Notes: generated by a model from the letters alone, not told the origin. A DNA stretch of 64,000 bases from a virus (IMGVR_UViG_3300013936_000289:280064-344063); one strand, 5' to 3'; counted from the stretch's first letter, positions 29,716-42,852 are shown. Made by a program: numbers and translations.

Positions 29716-31152
29716 TTATTTAATTACATTACTATAATTATTTTTATAATATAATAAAACAGCTATAGTATACCATAAAGCTTTTTGTAATTCTTTCATA
29801 TCTACCCTATATGCTGAAAAATCTTTGTTAGATGTATAATACGATGCAATATTTGCTGGAGGTCCATATTCTCTAGCTTCATATCCATATATTATTTGTG
29901 TCGTATATTTATCATCATACTTAAATTGAATAATAAACTATGCGGCTGGTTTAAAGCCATATCCAATCAAATCAAAAGTTTCCTATGAATTAAAGAATTT
30001 ACCTGTATATATAGGTTCATCTAATTCTAATACTTTACCACTATTTCTATTACCCATCCTTGCTTTATATAAAAATAATTCAAGAATATCATTACATTTT
30101 TTCATGGTATTATATTTCTTAATTACAAATGGTAATATCTTTTCAATTTCACCTTTATCTATTATAGAATTAAAATCACGTGATTTATTTCCAAATATAC
30201 CGAATGAAGTTGTTTTCTCTTTTATTTTAGGTAATAATGGATTATTATAATTACTCTATGTAGCATATCTTAATTTTGCTAATATAGTTAAACATATTTC
30301 ATATAACTATTGTTTAGTAATTACTGTATTATCATCTAACTATATAGTATTACCAATAGGGTCATCATTAATTGTCATATTATTAGTTAATATACAAAAT
30401 GTACCTTCAACTACTTTAGTTTTAACAATTTTTATCCATGTTATATAAACACAATGTTTATCATTGTAATAAAGTTTCTGATTCTCATCTGTTGTAACAT
30501 CTCTGAAATACAATTTATATTTAGGAGTTTCTATCTTATAAAAAGATTTCTTTAATGTAAAATATGTCATATCAAGAATATCATATATTTCACTGCAGAT
30601 TTCATATAAATCATTATATGAACGTTTTACAAAATCATATACTTCATCATAAGATTTAATACCTGGCGGTAATTGTTTCTATACCTTTGGTTTCTCATTC
30701 TTTACTTCTTTTGTTTTATCAACTTTAACCTAATCTTCTTTCTTTACTTCTTGATTAAGTTTTTGATTAACCTATGTAGTTTTCTAAGAATTTACATTAA
30801 TTATATTAGTAACTAATTTACCTCCGTTATTAATATACTCTTGCTTTATTTCATCTATTGTGCAACCTAACTATAGTAAACGTTTACCGACTAATTTAAA
30901 TGTCTTTATATCATCAATATCCTATTCATTTTCTGGACATTGCTTCTTCATTATAAGAAGAGCAGCTACATATCTCGGTAACAACTATTCTTTCGTCTAT
31001 GTTGATCGTGGTTTAATATTTTCAGCTTCAGTTGATTTATTTCGTGAACATGTAGATGCTATACTTAACCAAAGTTTCTTATCTATAGTTCTCTAAACAC
31101 GTGCTTCATTCAAACAATTTACCAATGATTCATATAGTGATTTAATTATCAT
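29716..31152 (-). CDS. putative virion protein with LYES/LNE leader, 478 aa (code 15)
   Basis: MIIKSLYESLVNCLNEARV(Q)...; open to TAA 29716 across many TAGs. Confidence 0.7.
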
Positions 31153-31185
31153 AATTTCAAATAAACAATTTGATATTTACATTAT

Positions 31186-31896
31186 TTATTTCATGTCATA
31201 GAAATATCCATATGTATTAAAATATGCTAAATCTTCTTGCAATAAATTAAATAATGGTTCAACTTGTTCAAATAAATTCATATATCTAGAATATGTATCT
31301 GTTTTAATAAAGTTAATATTCACTATTAATTTATTTTGCTCATTATCTACTTTTACATCTAATTTACAACTATAACAATGATATGCAACATTATTTAATT
31401 TATAAGTAATCATATCTTCATAATGTTCGATAACATTATATGTTGTTATTCCTTTTGGTTTACATATTAAACCTAAACATAAATCTCTAAGTAATTTTCT
31501 TATTCCATAGTAAGTCTCTTTTGTTCTAATCAACAGATTAGAAAGAGTCTCAGCAATTGGGGTCAATCTATCATAATCTGTTATTTTTCTTTTATACTTA
31601 AGAGAATATACATATATACAAAACATTTTTGTTAATTCGTCATCAATATATGATTGCTCATTAATTTTAATATTAAAAAATTTTAATATTTTATTTTGTA
31701 TTGGTTCTTTCCAAGTATAATCATCAAAATAATGTTTACATGTCTTTGTAAATAAAAACCACCCGCAAAATAAATTATGTGGATTAATATCATTATCATG
31801 AAATACTTTAAATATATACTCGTTCGCTTTATTTAAAATAACATCATTATCATTTGTAGATAATATATCAATTATACTGTTTGATTCTTCTAACAT
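31186..31896 (-). CDS. hypothetical protein
   Basis: ORF track 236 aa. Confidence 0.7.
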   Translation of the reverse strand: MLEESNSIIDILSTNDNDVILNKANEYIFKVFHDNDINPHNLFCGWFLFTKTCKHYFDDYTWKEPIQNKILKFFNIKINEQSYIDDELTKMFCIYVYSLKYKRKITDYDRLTPIAETLSNLLIRTKETYYGIRKLLRDLCLGLICKPKGITTYNVIEHYEDMITYKLNNVAYHCYSCKLDVKVDNEQNKLIVNINFIKTDTYSRYMNLFEQVEPLFNLLQEDLAYFNTYGYFYDMK

Positions 31897-32735
31897 GATT
31901 CTTGAATTGTTTTCATTAACTTAAACTTTTGATTTCCAAAATCAATAAATGAATTTAATCTATTAACATCAAAATCAAAATTTTGTTTAAATAATTTAAA
32001 ATTTAATCCTTGTTCATTTGGTTGCTTAAGTAAGTTACATACATAAACACTTATCTTATCATATGAAGATAACCCATATGTTTCAACCAATGCTTTCTTA
32101 TAAATATGTAATTGAATTGTATATGTATTCATATCACATTCATCTAACATATATGCAGGTCCTTGAAGTTTCTTTCCGTATTTAGATGATGTCGTTATTC
32201 CATCCGTTGTTTTCCAATCTATAATAATATATGCATCGGTATTCTCGTCATAGAATAAACAATCAAATCTACCATTAATTAATCCATCTTTTGGTGTCTT
32301 GCAATATAATGGTAATTCTCTTGCTACATACTTATAATTTGTCTTTGTTAATATATAATTATAAAAATCATCAAATCCTTTACAAATAGATTTCAATCTA
32401 TCATCATAATCATAACCATTATCTAATTTCCATAAGTCTAATTTATCTGTTTCATTATTAAGATTCATCCCTGCATAATCATCAAGTAGTGAACCATACC
32501 TTTTTGATTCAGATGATTTTGCATGCCATGCTTCCAGAATTTGAGTTGCATCCATACCAGCATATTTATAATTCGGATCATTCAAACCTTTCTTAGCACA
32601 TATTTCTGCTTGCACTTGATCATCAAATTTTTTCTTTATATATTCATTACAAAGTTTTGAAACAGATACACAACCTTTATATTCTTGCTTTATCTAATTA
32701 TTTTTATCTTCAATAATTTTCCTTATATCTTTCAT
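31872..32735 (-). CDS. PD-(D/E)XK exonuclease (RecB/Cas4-like), 287 aa (code 15)
   Basis: GRFDCLF...IIIDWKT...YTIQLHIY; start and stop both extended across TAG. Confidence 0.8.
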
Positions 32736-32835
32736 ATATTGTTAAATATAGTTTATCTATTATTTTATAGATAAAATAATAGATAAAGTTTATAAATTAA
32801 AAAGAGATTACTACATTAAAGTAATAATCTCTATA

Positions 32836-33522
32836 TTAATCTAATTTAATTGTTGCTATTGGAATAATATAACAATCTAATATTTCCATATTAGTTTCTT
32901 TAAAATCTTTTAATGTCTTAACATTATTCCATGCAGTATCATCATCTTTCTTATTATATTCCATATGGAAATTATCTTTAATGCCATATGTGAGTTTTAT
33001 GTTTCCTTTATTATCATATATAAGAATTCCATCTGATATTAATTCTTTTATATCTAAATTTTCAGGAACATTAAGTTTATTGAAATAATCTATTCCTTTT
33101 AATACCGCATCAGAATTATTAATTAATAATTGTAAATCTGCAGTAGTGGCAATATTAAACTTCATATCTTCTATATCTTCCTTAAATAAATCCTTTGTAT
33201 ATGTCCGAACAAAAGATTTAAGTTCTTTCATTATATTCTTCTCAGATATTCTTTCATTCATGTCTAATGAAACTTTAATAAGATATGGAGTTATAAGTTT
33301 TATTGTTTTTAAATCTGTTGATATATCAGCAATAACACCAATTGGTAAAAATCTAGGATTTATATATCTGTCATCATTAACTTCCTAAATGATAGTTTGC
33401 ATATCTACTGTATCATAATATAAAATATCTCCTATACATGGTATCATAATACCACGTATGTCATATTCTCTTGTTTTATTATAAAGATTTTTATGTATAT
33501 TATTATCCTACATTTCTTCCAT
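32836..33522 (-). CDS. hypothetical protein, 228 aa (code 15)
   Basis: ORF 32836..33261 extends upstream across TAGs to ATG 33522. Confidence 0.6.
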
Positions 33523-33532
33523 TTAAATTAAG

Positions 33533-34171
33533 TTAATTGTATTTTAATGTGAACACTGGTAAAAATTCAATTCTTGTTAATCCTAAAAGATTCTCTATTT
33601 TTCGTTTTTCACTTATTTTAGGAATCCATCGATAATATTTTCCTTTATGTTGCGATAATAATCCATGTTTATAAAGTCTTTCTATAAACTAATCATGTCT
33701 ATCATCACCCCATATTGTTTTAATAATATCTAATAATGTATATAAATTTTTATTAACAAAATCTAATAGAGCAATCTAAGGAATTTTATATCTAAATGAA
33801 CTTAAATCTATAACAGATGTTCTCTAATATTTATTACAATATCTATCAAACATATCTTTTAAATATGCAGGTATAAAACTAGGATTCTATACATATCTAT
33901 ACGGTATTAATAAAGGTTCAGTTGTCAAATAATTCTTCATTAATACATCCATTGTCATATCATCATTTACCTAAACAACTATACCTACTATAGCTTTATC
34001 ATCTTCAATACCACATCTTTCTTTAGACATCGTATCAAACTATTTTGTTTCATAATTATATACAACTAAATCACCAAATTTAGGTTTTATTATATTGTAT
34101 ATACTATCATCATAGCTTTCATCTATTATATTATAAAATTCGTCATCAAAGACTTCATCAAATGTATGCAC
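33533..34171 (-). CDS. hypothetical protein (code 15), start uncertain
   Basis: Long frame open except for TAGs; only a GTG start found. Confidence 0.45.
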
Positions 34172-34214
34172 AATAACTCATTTATAATAAATTTAAATTA
34201 TTTATTATAAATTG

Positions 34215-34757
34215 TTAAAATAATTTAGGTGTATTATCTTCATGTACGATAACAGATGAATCTTTAATAAATGTATCTTCTTTATGTGTTTTACTCCATA
34301 TTGTATCTATTAACTCTATATTACCTCCAATATTTACATTTTCTAATACGCTAATATCAGAAATAGGATTATGTGAAGCAATAAAGCAATTATTGATCCT
34401 CTTCGCAATTCCTGATATATCAGAAATATTACAATGATCACATACCAATGAACCTAAAATTTCTTTTGGACATCCATCTAATGATGTTAATTTAGGATTA
34501 TTAAATATATATACATTTCCATTTACAATATCAGGAAAATTCTTTAACGATTTCAATGAACCATGTGAATCATCCGATATATTACCATACCAATTAATAG
34601 AACCATTTATCTGATGAATCTTTACAGGAAACTCATCATATTGCTTATCAAATATTATAATAGAACCATCTACTATAATATTATTATTTTCATCTCTATA
34701 TACATGAACATACTTATCATTAAGCATATTCATTAATGTTAAAACTTCATTATCCAT
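34215..34757 (-). CDS. LRR-like ('LTSLDGCP') repeat protein
   Basis: SLKSLKNFPDIVNG / KLTSLDGCPKEILG repeats. Confidence 0.7.
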   Translation of the reverse strand: MDNEVLTLMNMLNDKYVHVYRDENNNIIVDGSIIIFDKQYDEFPVKIHQINGSINWYGNISDDSHGSLKSLKNFPDIVNGNVYIFNNPKLTSLDGCPKEILGSLVCDHCNISDISGIAKRINNCFIASHNPISDISVLENVNIGGNIELIDTIWSKTHKEDTFIKDSSVIVHEDNTPKLF

Positions 34758-34901
34758 AATGTTTATTATTTAAAATTATTAATATTTTATGTTATCATTT
34801 ATCTTAGTTAATATTTATATATGTAAAAATAGTCATAAGTAATAGAAGAACTCTATCACCTATGACTATCGTAAAATTATTTATTTAATATGTTTTTATT
34901 A

Positions 34902-35567
34902 TTACTTCTGATTCTCATCAGCTTCCTTCAAAAACTTCTTCTTTACATCTGTTGCTTTAACTGGAAAATTCTTCTTTTCTGATTTCTTTGTATCAGCAAT
35001 CTCCTCATCTGTCATCTCGACCTCTGCAATCTTACCATCCTTTGCATAACGTGCCTTAGCATCATTATATCCTACAAGATAAGAACCTGGGTCCTTCTTA
35101 AAATGCTCTGCTTCTTGCTCAAGCAATGCCTTAACCATCTTTGTATTAATCATACCAGGATGTGAAACATACAATGTATGCTCCCAAAGTTTCAATGCCT
35201 TACCATATGCAATTCGAACACCTAGGTCTGCATCATGTGTATCTCGTACACAACGTGTTGCAACACCAACGGAAAGCATCTTAGTAATAGGTGCAAGAAG
35301 CTCATCATACTCATCTACAAACTTCTCAGTAGACTTAGGTACATAAACGATCTGTCCTGTTTCTGGGTCCAATACATTCTTTGAAGGAATCTCATATTCA
35401 TCTTCAACTTCAATTGGACGTGTTACAACTGCATCATCATTCTTCATGGGAATTGAAACTGCAACCATTGTAAAATCACGTACCATTCCACGATAATCAG
35501 TAAACTTGCCTGTAAGCGTTTCGTACTTATACTCAGGCTTAAACTCATTCTTCTTTGTCTTATTCAT
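34902..35567 (-). CDS. hypothetical protein
   Basis: ORF track 221 aa, high-expression codon usage. Confidence 0.75.
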   Translation of the reverse strand: MNKTKKNEFKPEYKYETLTGKFTDYRGMVRDFTMVAVSIPMKNDDAVVTRPIEVEDEYEIPSKNVLDPETGQIVYVPKSTEKFVDEYDELLAPITKMLSVGVATRCVRDTHDADLGVRIAYGKALKLWEHTLYVSHPGMINTKMVKALLEQEAEHFKKDPGSYLVGYNDAKARYAKDGKIAEVEMTDEEIADTKKSEKKNFPVKATDVKKKFLKEADENQK

Positions 35568-35653
35568 TACAAAATTACATTAAATATTTGTTACTAAAAA
35601 ATCTTTATTCAAAAATCTTTAAACTATATTAAAAATAATTCAAATTGTCTACT

Positions 35654-35944
35654 TTATTTGAATATATTTTTAATTTTTTCTATTAATGTTTGTTTCTTCT
35701 TAAAATAAACATATTGTGAAAAACTCGTATAGAACTTCCATCCTATCTTTTCATATTGCATAATAAAATCTAAAAATTCTGCACGAGTACATCCACTTAT
35801 ATTACATAATTTAAATATGTTTACTACAAGAAACTCATTATTATTCCTTTTAATTAATCGTACAACACCATTTGGAAAATTACTAATATTTTTATGCTTC
35901 AGCTGTTCCAGTTGCTGTTGTGTCATCCTTAGTTGTGTTGCCAT
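35654..35944 (-). CDS. hypothetical protein (start uncertain)
   Basis: ORF track; N-terminus overlaps the upstream gene. Confidence 0.45.
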   Translation of the reverse strand: MATQLRMTQQQLEQLKHKNISNFPNGVVRLIKRNNNEFLVVNIFKLCNISGCTRAEFLDFIMQYEKIGWKFYTSFSQYVYFKKKQTLIEKIKNIFK

Positions 35945-36374
35945 ACTTCTTACTGTTTAAGTCCAATCCCTTTGCTCTACGTGTCGTCTGAATAACAGCT
36001 TTAACAATGCATGCAAGATAACTAGTCAAGTCAGATGCATATAATCTATTTGTATGTGGATTAATTGTTTGATCTATTACATCATAACAAAAAGAAACAA
36101 ATCTATTAAAATCGCTATATTCCGAAATTGTATCAATACTCAAAATCTTTGCCTGAAGTTTCAATGAACATGATTTACAATCATTAACAAGTTCAAACCA
36201 ATGTGTCAAGAACTTTCCCATATCATGAATAAAATTATCCTTCAAACCAGGAAATTGTTCATTTACTTCATTAATCATCTTTGTAAATACAGGAAGTGAA
36301 TTACCACCATCAATATGTTTATTAAGTGTATTCATCAACTCCACATATGCATTTTCGTCGTATTTCTTTACCAT
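35892..36374 (-). CDS. hypothetical protein
   Basis: ORF track 160 aa. Confidence 0.75.
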   Translation of the reverse strand: MVKKYDENAYVELMNTLNKHIDGGNSLPVFTKMINEVNEQFPGLKDNFIHDMGKFLTHWFELVNDCKSCSLKLQAKILSIDTISEYSDFNRFVSFCYDVIDQTINPHTNRLYASDLTSYLACIVKAVIQTTRRAKGLDLNSKKYGNTTKDDTTATGTAEA

Positions 36375-36533
36375 ATTAAATTTAAATTAAAAATAAAATT
36401 TATATAGTATACAAAGTATTACATTTATTGTTTATAATCATGATATTAATAAATGTTAAACGAATTAAAAGAAAAGTGAGATTAAAAATATTATCTAATC
36501 TCACTTCAGTCTAACAATTAAAAATATTATTTA

Positions 36534-37064
36534 TTATGAACACATTTTCTCTTTCAACTTCAGCAATGCAGGATTATCTTCTAATACACATGATGTTGAA
36601 TTCACTGGCGTTTCTACACGCTTTGGAAATTTATCTCTATTCATTTCCATTTTTTGCTTCTTATAATATTCACGTGTATGTGAAGACTTATCTGATTTGA
36701 ACATACTATTCATTGAATCAATATTCTTACGAACAAGTTGGATAGCTTCAAGTCCTGTACAATTAAGAAGTTTCTGAATTTCCTCAATTGTATTTGTAAG
36801 AACAGCTGCGTAACTCAATTGCTTAATATCAGGAACAGAATTCTGAACGATGAAAAATGCAGTGGTTGCAGTAGAAATCAAATCATCCAATTTATTCATA
36901 CGTTCAACCATAGTATCATTCATAACGGCATAAACATTATCAACAATATTATATCCAGAATTAAATTCGTCCCAAGAGAATTTAACTTCATTACCTTTTA
37001 CACGAAGAGTAATTCCATCTTTTTGTTTACGTACAATACGTATTTTCTTATTCTTATATTCCAT
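36534..37064 (-). CDS. hypothetical protein
   Basis: ORF track 176 aa. Confidence 0.75.
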   Translation of the reverse strand: MEYKNKKIRIVRKQKDGITLRVKGNEVKFSWDEFNSGYNIVDNVYAVMNDTMVERMNKLDDLISTATTAFFIVQNSVPDIKQLSYAAVLTNTIEEIQKLLNCTGLEAIQLVRKNIDSMNSMFKSDKSSHTREYYKKQKMEMNRDKFPKRVETPVNSTSCVLEDNPALLKLKEKMCS

Positions 37065-37085
37065 AATATATTATATTTTAAAAGA

Positions 37086-37406
37086 TTAATAAATGATACC
37101 ACATGCCTGAAGTAACATACACCATGTCATCTCCATTGCATCATCAAACGAGATACTCATATCTGATGGGCAACACTGCTTAACAGTATTCAAGAACCAA
37201 ATCTTAAAATTAATTTCGTCCTTATCATTATTATATGCGTATGCTCTCTTCAATACAGTATTATCTGTACCAAGCGGTAAAATCAACTGTGTACTCATTA
37301 CTTTACGTACATCAGAAATTCTCTGGTCGTCGATAAATTCAGAAACAACAAGAAGACGAACAGTAAAGTTATGAACTGCATTTGAACTAATCTTTTTCAT
37401 ATTCAT
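37086..37406 (-). CDS. hypothetical early protein
   Basis: Follows TATCTTTG promoter at 37443-37450. Confidence 0.7.
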   Translation of the reverse strand: MNMKKISSNAVHNFTVRLLVVSEFIDDQRISDVRKVMSTQLILPLGTDNTVLKRAYAYNNDKDEINFKIWFLNTVKQCCPSDMSISFDDAMEMTWCMLLQACGIIY

Positions 37407-37750
37407 TTTTATTTTTAATTGTTTATTGTTTTATTAACGATACAAAGATACACATAATATTTGGAATAAAAAAATAAATATAGTAATAAAAATAAATTTT
37501 TAATAAATGGAAGAGAATAATTATATCCAACGTTATTGTAAGAATTGTATTTTCTATAACCCTGATGAAAATTGGAATGAATGTAAATCAGGTTTATTCG
37601 GACATACATATGCAAATGATCATGGTTGTTGGTGTTGGAAATTAAAAGAAGAAAAATAAAATATAGTTATGTAAAATAATATATTGTATAGTAAGTAATA
37701 TTTTTAAATTTATATTTCAATAATAAATAATAAAAAATATAAATTTTATT

Positions 37751-38179
37751 ATGGATAAAATACAAAAGAAAAGACTTTATGAGTCAATAATGAAAAGTAT
37801 TTCTAAAACAGTAAAAGGAAAACTTAATGAAGATTATGTTGATGAAGATGATGAGAACGAAGCAACATATTTATGCAAAGAAACAAGTAAAGGCGATTAT
37901 ATATATTTAATTTCAAATAATACATTTGAAGAATATGAGGAATTTTTAAGAAATCATGCAATAAAAGGAGTATATTACTTTGATGAATTTACCGCATGGG
38001 TAATAACAGTTTCACCTGATACTAATATTAATTTTTTAAGAAAATTAAATAATATATTAGTAGAAAAAAATGAATATTATTTCTTTACATATAAACAAGT
38101 AAAATTACCAAATGCAGATTTATATGCAAGTTTATGTGAATATATGTCAAAAATTTTTGGTGGAAAATATGATAGATGA
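37751..38179 (+). CDS. putative virion protein with LYES/LNE leader
   Basis: MDKIQKKRLYESIMKSISKTVKGKLNED. Confidence 0.7.
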   Translation: MDKIQKKRLYESIMKSISKTVKGKLNEDYVDEDDENEATYLCKETSKGDYIYLISNNTFEEYEEFLRNHAIKGVYYFDEFTAWVITVSPDTNINFLRKLNNILVEKNEYYFFTYKQVKLPNADLYASLCEYMSKIFGGKYDR

Positions 38180-38274
38180 TAGAAAATATATTTAACAAAT
38201 TATATGTTTTCTGTTAAAAAATAATTAATGTGAAAAGAATAACTTATAGTAATTATTCTTTTCACATTTTTATT

Positions 38275-39951
38275 TTATTGTGAAGTTAACATAACAGAAA
38301 ATCTAGAAAACCCATTATGTTTCTCTACTTCTATTATCTCATCAAAATTCTCAAGGTATAAATCAGTGTGTGAAACAACAAAGCAATTCAACTTATTGTC
38401 TTTTGCAAAATTCTTAAGGAATTCCAATACAGCTCCAGAATTTGAGTTATCCAATGTAGATATTACTTCATCTAACGTAAATGTATTAATAGATGGGTAT
38501 CTGCGCTTAAGTAACTTAAACAAACTACATAATACAACAATATCTACACGTGTCATCTCACCATCACTTAATGTAACCGGATCCAATTCATTTCCCAAGT
38601 CTTTAAGATGTGGGTCAAACTTACTATCAAATTCTAATCCATAAGGAACATTTAATAATATAAGATTATCTTCTATCTCTTTATTTAATAAAGGAAGATA
38701 ATTATTAATTACCTTTTGCTTTACACCATCTATAGAATAAACCAATGATAAATTCTATAAATCCAACATCTATTGATTTTTATCTTCAATACTTTTCTTA
38801 ATTACATTAAGTTGATCTGTTGTTTTCTTTATAATATTCTATACAGCTTTATATTCAGAATTAGACTTTAATTTCTCTTGTATCACAAGATTTTCGGAAT
38901 TAAGTGTATTTATACTCTAATTAATTTTTGATACAGCAGACGTAATTTTATTAAGATAATCTGTAACAACTTTACTATTATCAGTAAGTGTCTTCATCTA
39001 TCCTTGTAATGTAGTATCAATATTCATTTTATCTTGCATTAACTTATTAAGGTTTTCTCTTAATTCATTAAACTATTCAGATGAAAATGAACATCCACAT
39101 GTTGGACACTTTTCCTATTTAAATAGATTTATCTTCTCTTGAATCTATCTTATATTAACAGAATTTTCAATTTGCTTATTCTTAATAACATTAAATTGAT
39201 TTGATATTTCCTATTGTTTCTAAACATATTGGTTATATCCATCATTTAATGTTTTTAATTTCTTATTATTTTCTTCTATCATTAAATTATTTTCCTATAT
39301 CTTATCTTGATTTTCTTTTGACTATACTTTCTACTGAATTTGAATTAACTCATTATTAGCGTTTTGAATAGTCTAATTTAAAGAGAATATGGTAGAATTA
39401 TCAGCGTTAATAGATGAACCTAAATCTCTCATATCTTTCTTAAGATTCTCAAAAACAACATTAATAATTTCCAAATCAAAAACTCTATCAATGATTTGTT
39501 TTCGATCTGCTGGTGACATTTTAAGGAATGACTTAAACGATTTCATAGATATAGAAATCATATTTGAATAAGTTGCTTGAGGAATATCGATAATTTCAGA
39601 ATCAATAAATGACTATGCATCTTTTGTACCGTAATTCTCTATATTCTCATTATCTTTAAAAACAGTTACACCATTGGGTGAAAATTTTCTTTCTATTACA
39701 TAAGTATGCTAACCTTGCTTAATTGTTCCTCGCATCCAACCATTCTTATTAATGCGGTTTGCTATAGAAGTCTTTGGAACCTTCTCCAACTTTCCATATA
39801 ACAATAAACATGGTAATGAAAGAATGGCTGACTTTCCAGCGCCACTTTGTCCCTTCAATAGGATTAACTTTCCTGTATCATCATAATTAATTTCCTATAC
39901 CTACTCACCATAAGAAAATAAATTACGAAATTCAATTTTTTCTATCTTCAT
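38275..39951 (-). CDS. SbcC/Rad50-like ATPase (T4 gp46-like), 558 aa (code 15)
   Basis: MKIEKIEFRNLFSYGE(Q)V(Q)...GQSGAGKS Walker A; CPTCG Zn hook; LSDGE signature, LDEV Walker B, VSH. Confidence 0.92.
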
Positions 39952-39954
39952 ATT

Positions 39955-40152
39955 TTAGTAATCATATCTATTTAATAGTAAAAGAAATAATTCAAACAGG
40001 ATCATCAATGGACTCGCAATTAATGAAATAATAAACATTTTTATCTTATATTTTCTATCTATATTTTCATTATCTTTTGTTATATATAAAAAATATCCAT
40101 ATGTTATTAATCCTATTAAAACATATACTACTATGAATATTATATTATCCAT
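39955..40152 (-). CDS. small two-TM membrane protein
   Basis: Two hydrophobic segments, 65 aa. Confidence 0.6.
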   Translation of the reverse strand: MDNIIFIVVYVLIGLITYGYFLYITKDNENIDRKYKIKMFIISLIASPLMILFELFLLLLNRYDY

Positions 40153-40241
40153 ATAATTATTTGTTTAACTTTTTTAATTATAATTAAAGGATATAACAAA
40201 TAAATGCTATATCCTTTATAATAATTAATTTATTTATTATG

Positions 40242-41360
40242 TTAAACTTCATTCATCTCATTTTCTGCTTGTTTAAGTCTTTCTCTACTTATATTCTTCA
40301 ATCTTTCTTTAGTATCATCATCAACATCCAATTGTGATATTGATTCATTTATAAGTTCTTCAATAGACAACTCTTTATATTCTTCATCATCTATATTATC
40401 TAAATCATGATGTGACTTATTAACTATAATCTGAACTCTCTTTGCATTAGAGAGATTTGCCATGTCATAAATAGTTCCTGACTTATATTTTCTTAAATCT
40501 GATTCTTCTATAATAATATCATTATAATTATTATCAAGAAATTCATCTCTTTCTTTTACTGATAACTTTAAAAAATCTTCAACTTTTATTTTATGAAATA
40601 TGGGACTATAAGCATTTTCTTCAAATGATAATTCATTATTGGAAAAATCTAATTTATAAATTCCTTTAGTATTTCCTATATCTGATCTTCTTAATTGATA
40701 AGGCGAGCCTACATAAATAACATTTCCTAATTCTTGACGTTTATGTATATGTCCTGAAAAGATTCGTCCTTTAAATATATTTGAATCAACTGCACCTATA
40801 ATTGTCATGCCATTATCAAATTTCATTTGTGAAATATCAGTATGCATCCATGCGTAATTAGCTTTTCCTGAATAATCTAGCAATACTTTGTTTTCTTCTT
40901 CATGTGAACCTAAATAAGGTATCGCAATGATATTTGATAATATTTTAGTTGATGGTTTAATCTTAATAAGTGTCGGCTCTTTTATAACTGTAACATTAGG
41001 AATATTTTCCAAACTTCTTAATGATGTATTACCTTTATTCGTTCTCTTAGATAAATCATGATTTCCATTGATAATATAAACAGGTAATAATTTACCTAAA
41101 TCTTCAAATATATCAATAGTTAAATCATTTACATTAATATCGATAGATTTTCTATCATCATAAACATCTCCCAATACTGCTAAAAAATAATTAGGGTCAT
41201 TTGCTATTAATGATTTAACATAAGGAATAAACCAATTATAAAAATAAGATGATATATTTTCTTGCCATTCTTCTGATGCAGATCTAACACCTAAGTGAAT
41301 ATCTGCTAAGAATAAACATTTATTTGCCTTTATCTATATTGTTTTCTTTGTTGTTGTCAT
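40242..41360 (-). CDS. SbcD/Mre11-like nuclease (T4 gp47-like), 372 aa (code 15)
   Basis: LADIHLG, LGDVYD, NGNHD, GHIH metallophosphoesterase motifs; one N-terminal TAG. Confidence 0.92.
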
Positions 41361-41680
41361 TTAAGAATAATTTATGTTTCTAAAAAATAGTTATTAATTA
41401 TTATATAAGAAAAAGAGGAAATAGTTTAATTTTTGTTAAAACTATTTCCTCTTTTTGATTGACATTAATATGATCATAGTAATTCTAAATCATATCTTGT
41501 TTATTATAAATATATCCTTTTAGGATTGCCATTGTTTCTAAAAATAAAGATGAATACATAATATTAACACATTAACAATTTACATTATTTATTATCCATT
41601 ACAATCAAAATCAAATGGCCGTATTGCCATTTGATGTGTGTTAATAATTTCATACTTCATCTAATTAAACTTAACTTTGG

Positions 41681-41815
41681 TTAAGCTACATATACCATTC
41701 CGCTAGTACCAATATAGGCAACAGTACCATCACCCATCTTAATAGTATTTGCTTCAGCATATGCATTACAGTATGCTTTACCAGCACGCTTCAATAAACT
41801 AATAATTTTACTCAT
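41681..41815 (-). CDS. small protein, 44 aa (AYCN motif)
   Basis: MSKIISLLKRAGKAYCNAYAEAN...; paralog of 41887-41991. Confidence 0.55.
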   Translation of the reverse strand: MSKIISLLKRAGKAYCNAYAEANTIKMGDGTVAYIGTSGMVYVA

Positions 41816-41886
41816 AATCTCTAACGTAACTTTAATTTTAAAACTTCTTTTTAACCATCTAATTTTTAACTATCAAATTTTGAAAA

Positions 41887-41991
41887 TTACATTGGAATAA
41901 GTCCAGCTTCATAAACGGATTTATTCATAATGTAGCTTCCATTGCAATATGCATTCCATGCATATTTAACTGCATTAATAATTGTTTTCAT
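41887..41991 (-). CDS. small protein, 34 aa (AYCN motif)
   Basis: MKTIINAVKYAWNAYCNGSY...; shared upstream sequence with paralog. Confidence 0.55.
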   Translation of the reverse strand: MKTIINAVKYAWNAYCNGSYIMNKSVYEAGLIPM

Positions 41992-42236
41992 AATCTTTAA
42001 CGTAAATTTATTTTTAATTTTAACTATCTTTATAACATAACCATCGTTAAGATACTGTTTGTGAAAACCGTATTTTAATTTCTTTTTATATTATAATTTA
42101 CTTTAACTAATCAATTTATAACTATCTTACATTTTATTTATCTAATTGTTTTCAAAAAATATGCTTTATAACATAAAATTATAACATTTTCTGATCTAGA
42201 TCTGTTAAATTGTATCATTTTGTTCCAAAATTTACA

Positions 42237-42758
42237 TTAATCATCATTTAATGATTCAGTTTCCCAAGGTTTATGAGATCTAAATGCTTTCTTTGTTATA
42301 TCCATAAACGTAGGATTATCAATTCCTCCATCTACCTTCTGATACATGATTTGATTTGTTGTTTCTGATGTTAATGGTCCGCATTCTTCTTTCCACGGAC
42401 CTAATTTAATATAATCAAATGTACCATGATGAAGTGGAAATACTTCTCTTCCCGAATACCACCCTGTATGTAAATTTGGATATTTATCTTTCACATACAT
42501 AGATAATCTAACAACTTCCTGAGGATTATTATCACCGCCCATAAATCCTACACATGTAATTCCTTTATTCTTATCTATAAGTTTATCCAATACATCTTCT
42601 GTTAATTCTTCACCTATATCATCTGCAAGATAAGATGAATGACAACCTATACAATGATTTGGACAGCCTGATATATTTAATGCAAGAGTAACTTCATCTG
42701 GAAACTCTCTGAATACAACTTCATCAATTACATATTTAAGATATTTTCTATTGTTCAT
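42237..42758 (-). CDS. nrdG: anaerobic ribonucleotide reductase activating enzyme (radical SAM)
   Basis: VFREFPDEVTLALNISGCPNHCIGCHS CxxxCxxC. Confidence 0.88.
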   Translation of the reverse strand: MNNRKYLKYVIDEVVFREFPDEVTLALNISGCPNHCIGCHSSYLADDIGEELTEDVLDKLIDKNKGITCVGFMGGDNNPQEVVRLSMYVKDKYPNLHTGWYSGREVFPLHHGTFDYIKLGPWKEECGPLTSETTNQIMYQKVDGGIDNPTFMDITKKAFRSHKPWETESLNDD

Positions 42759-42852
42759 AAAATAAAAAAGAAACGTTTAAAATATTTATACTTCAAACGT
42801 TTCACTTTGTCTAAAAATTAAAAATTTAAAAATATGAAAATTATGTATTTTA

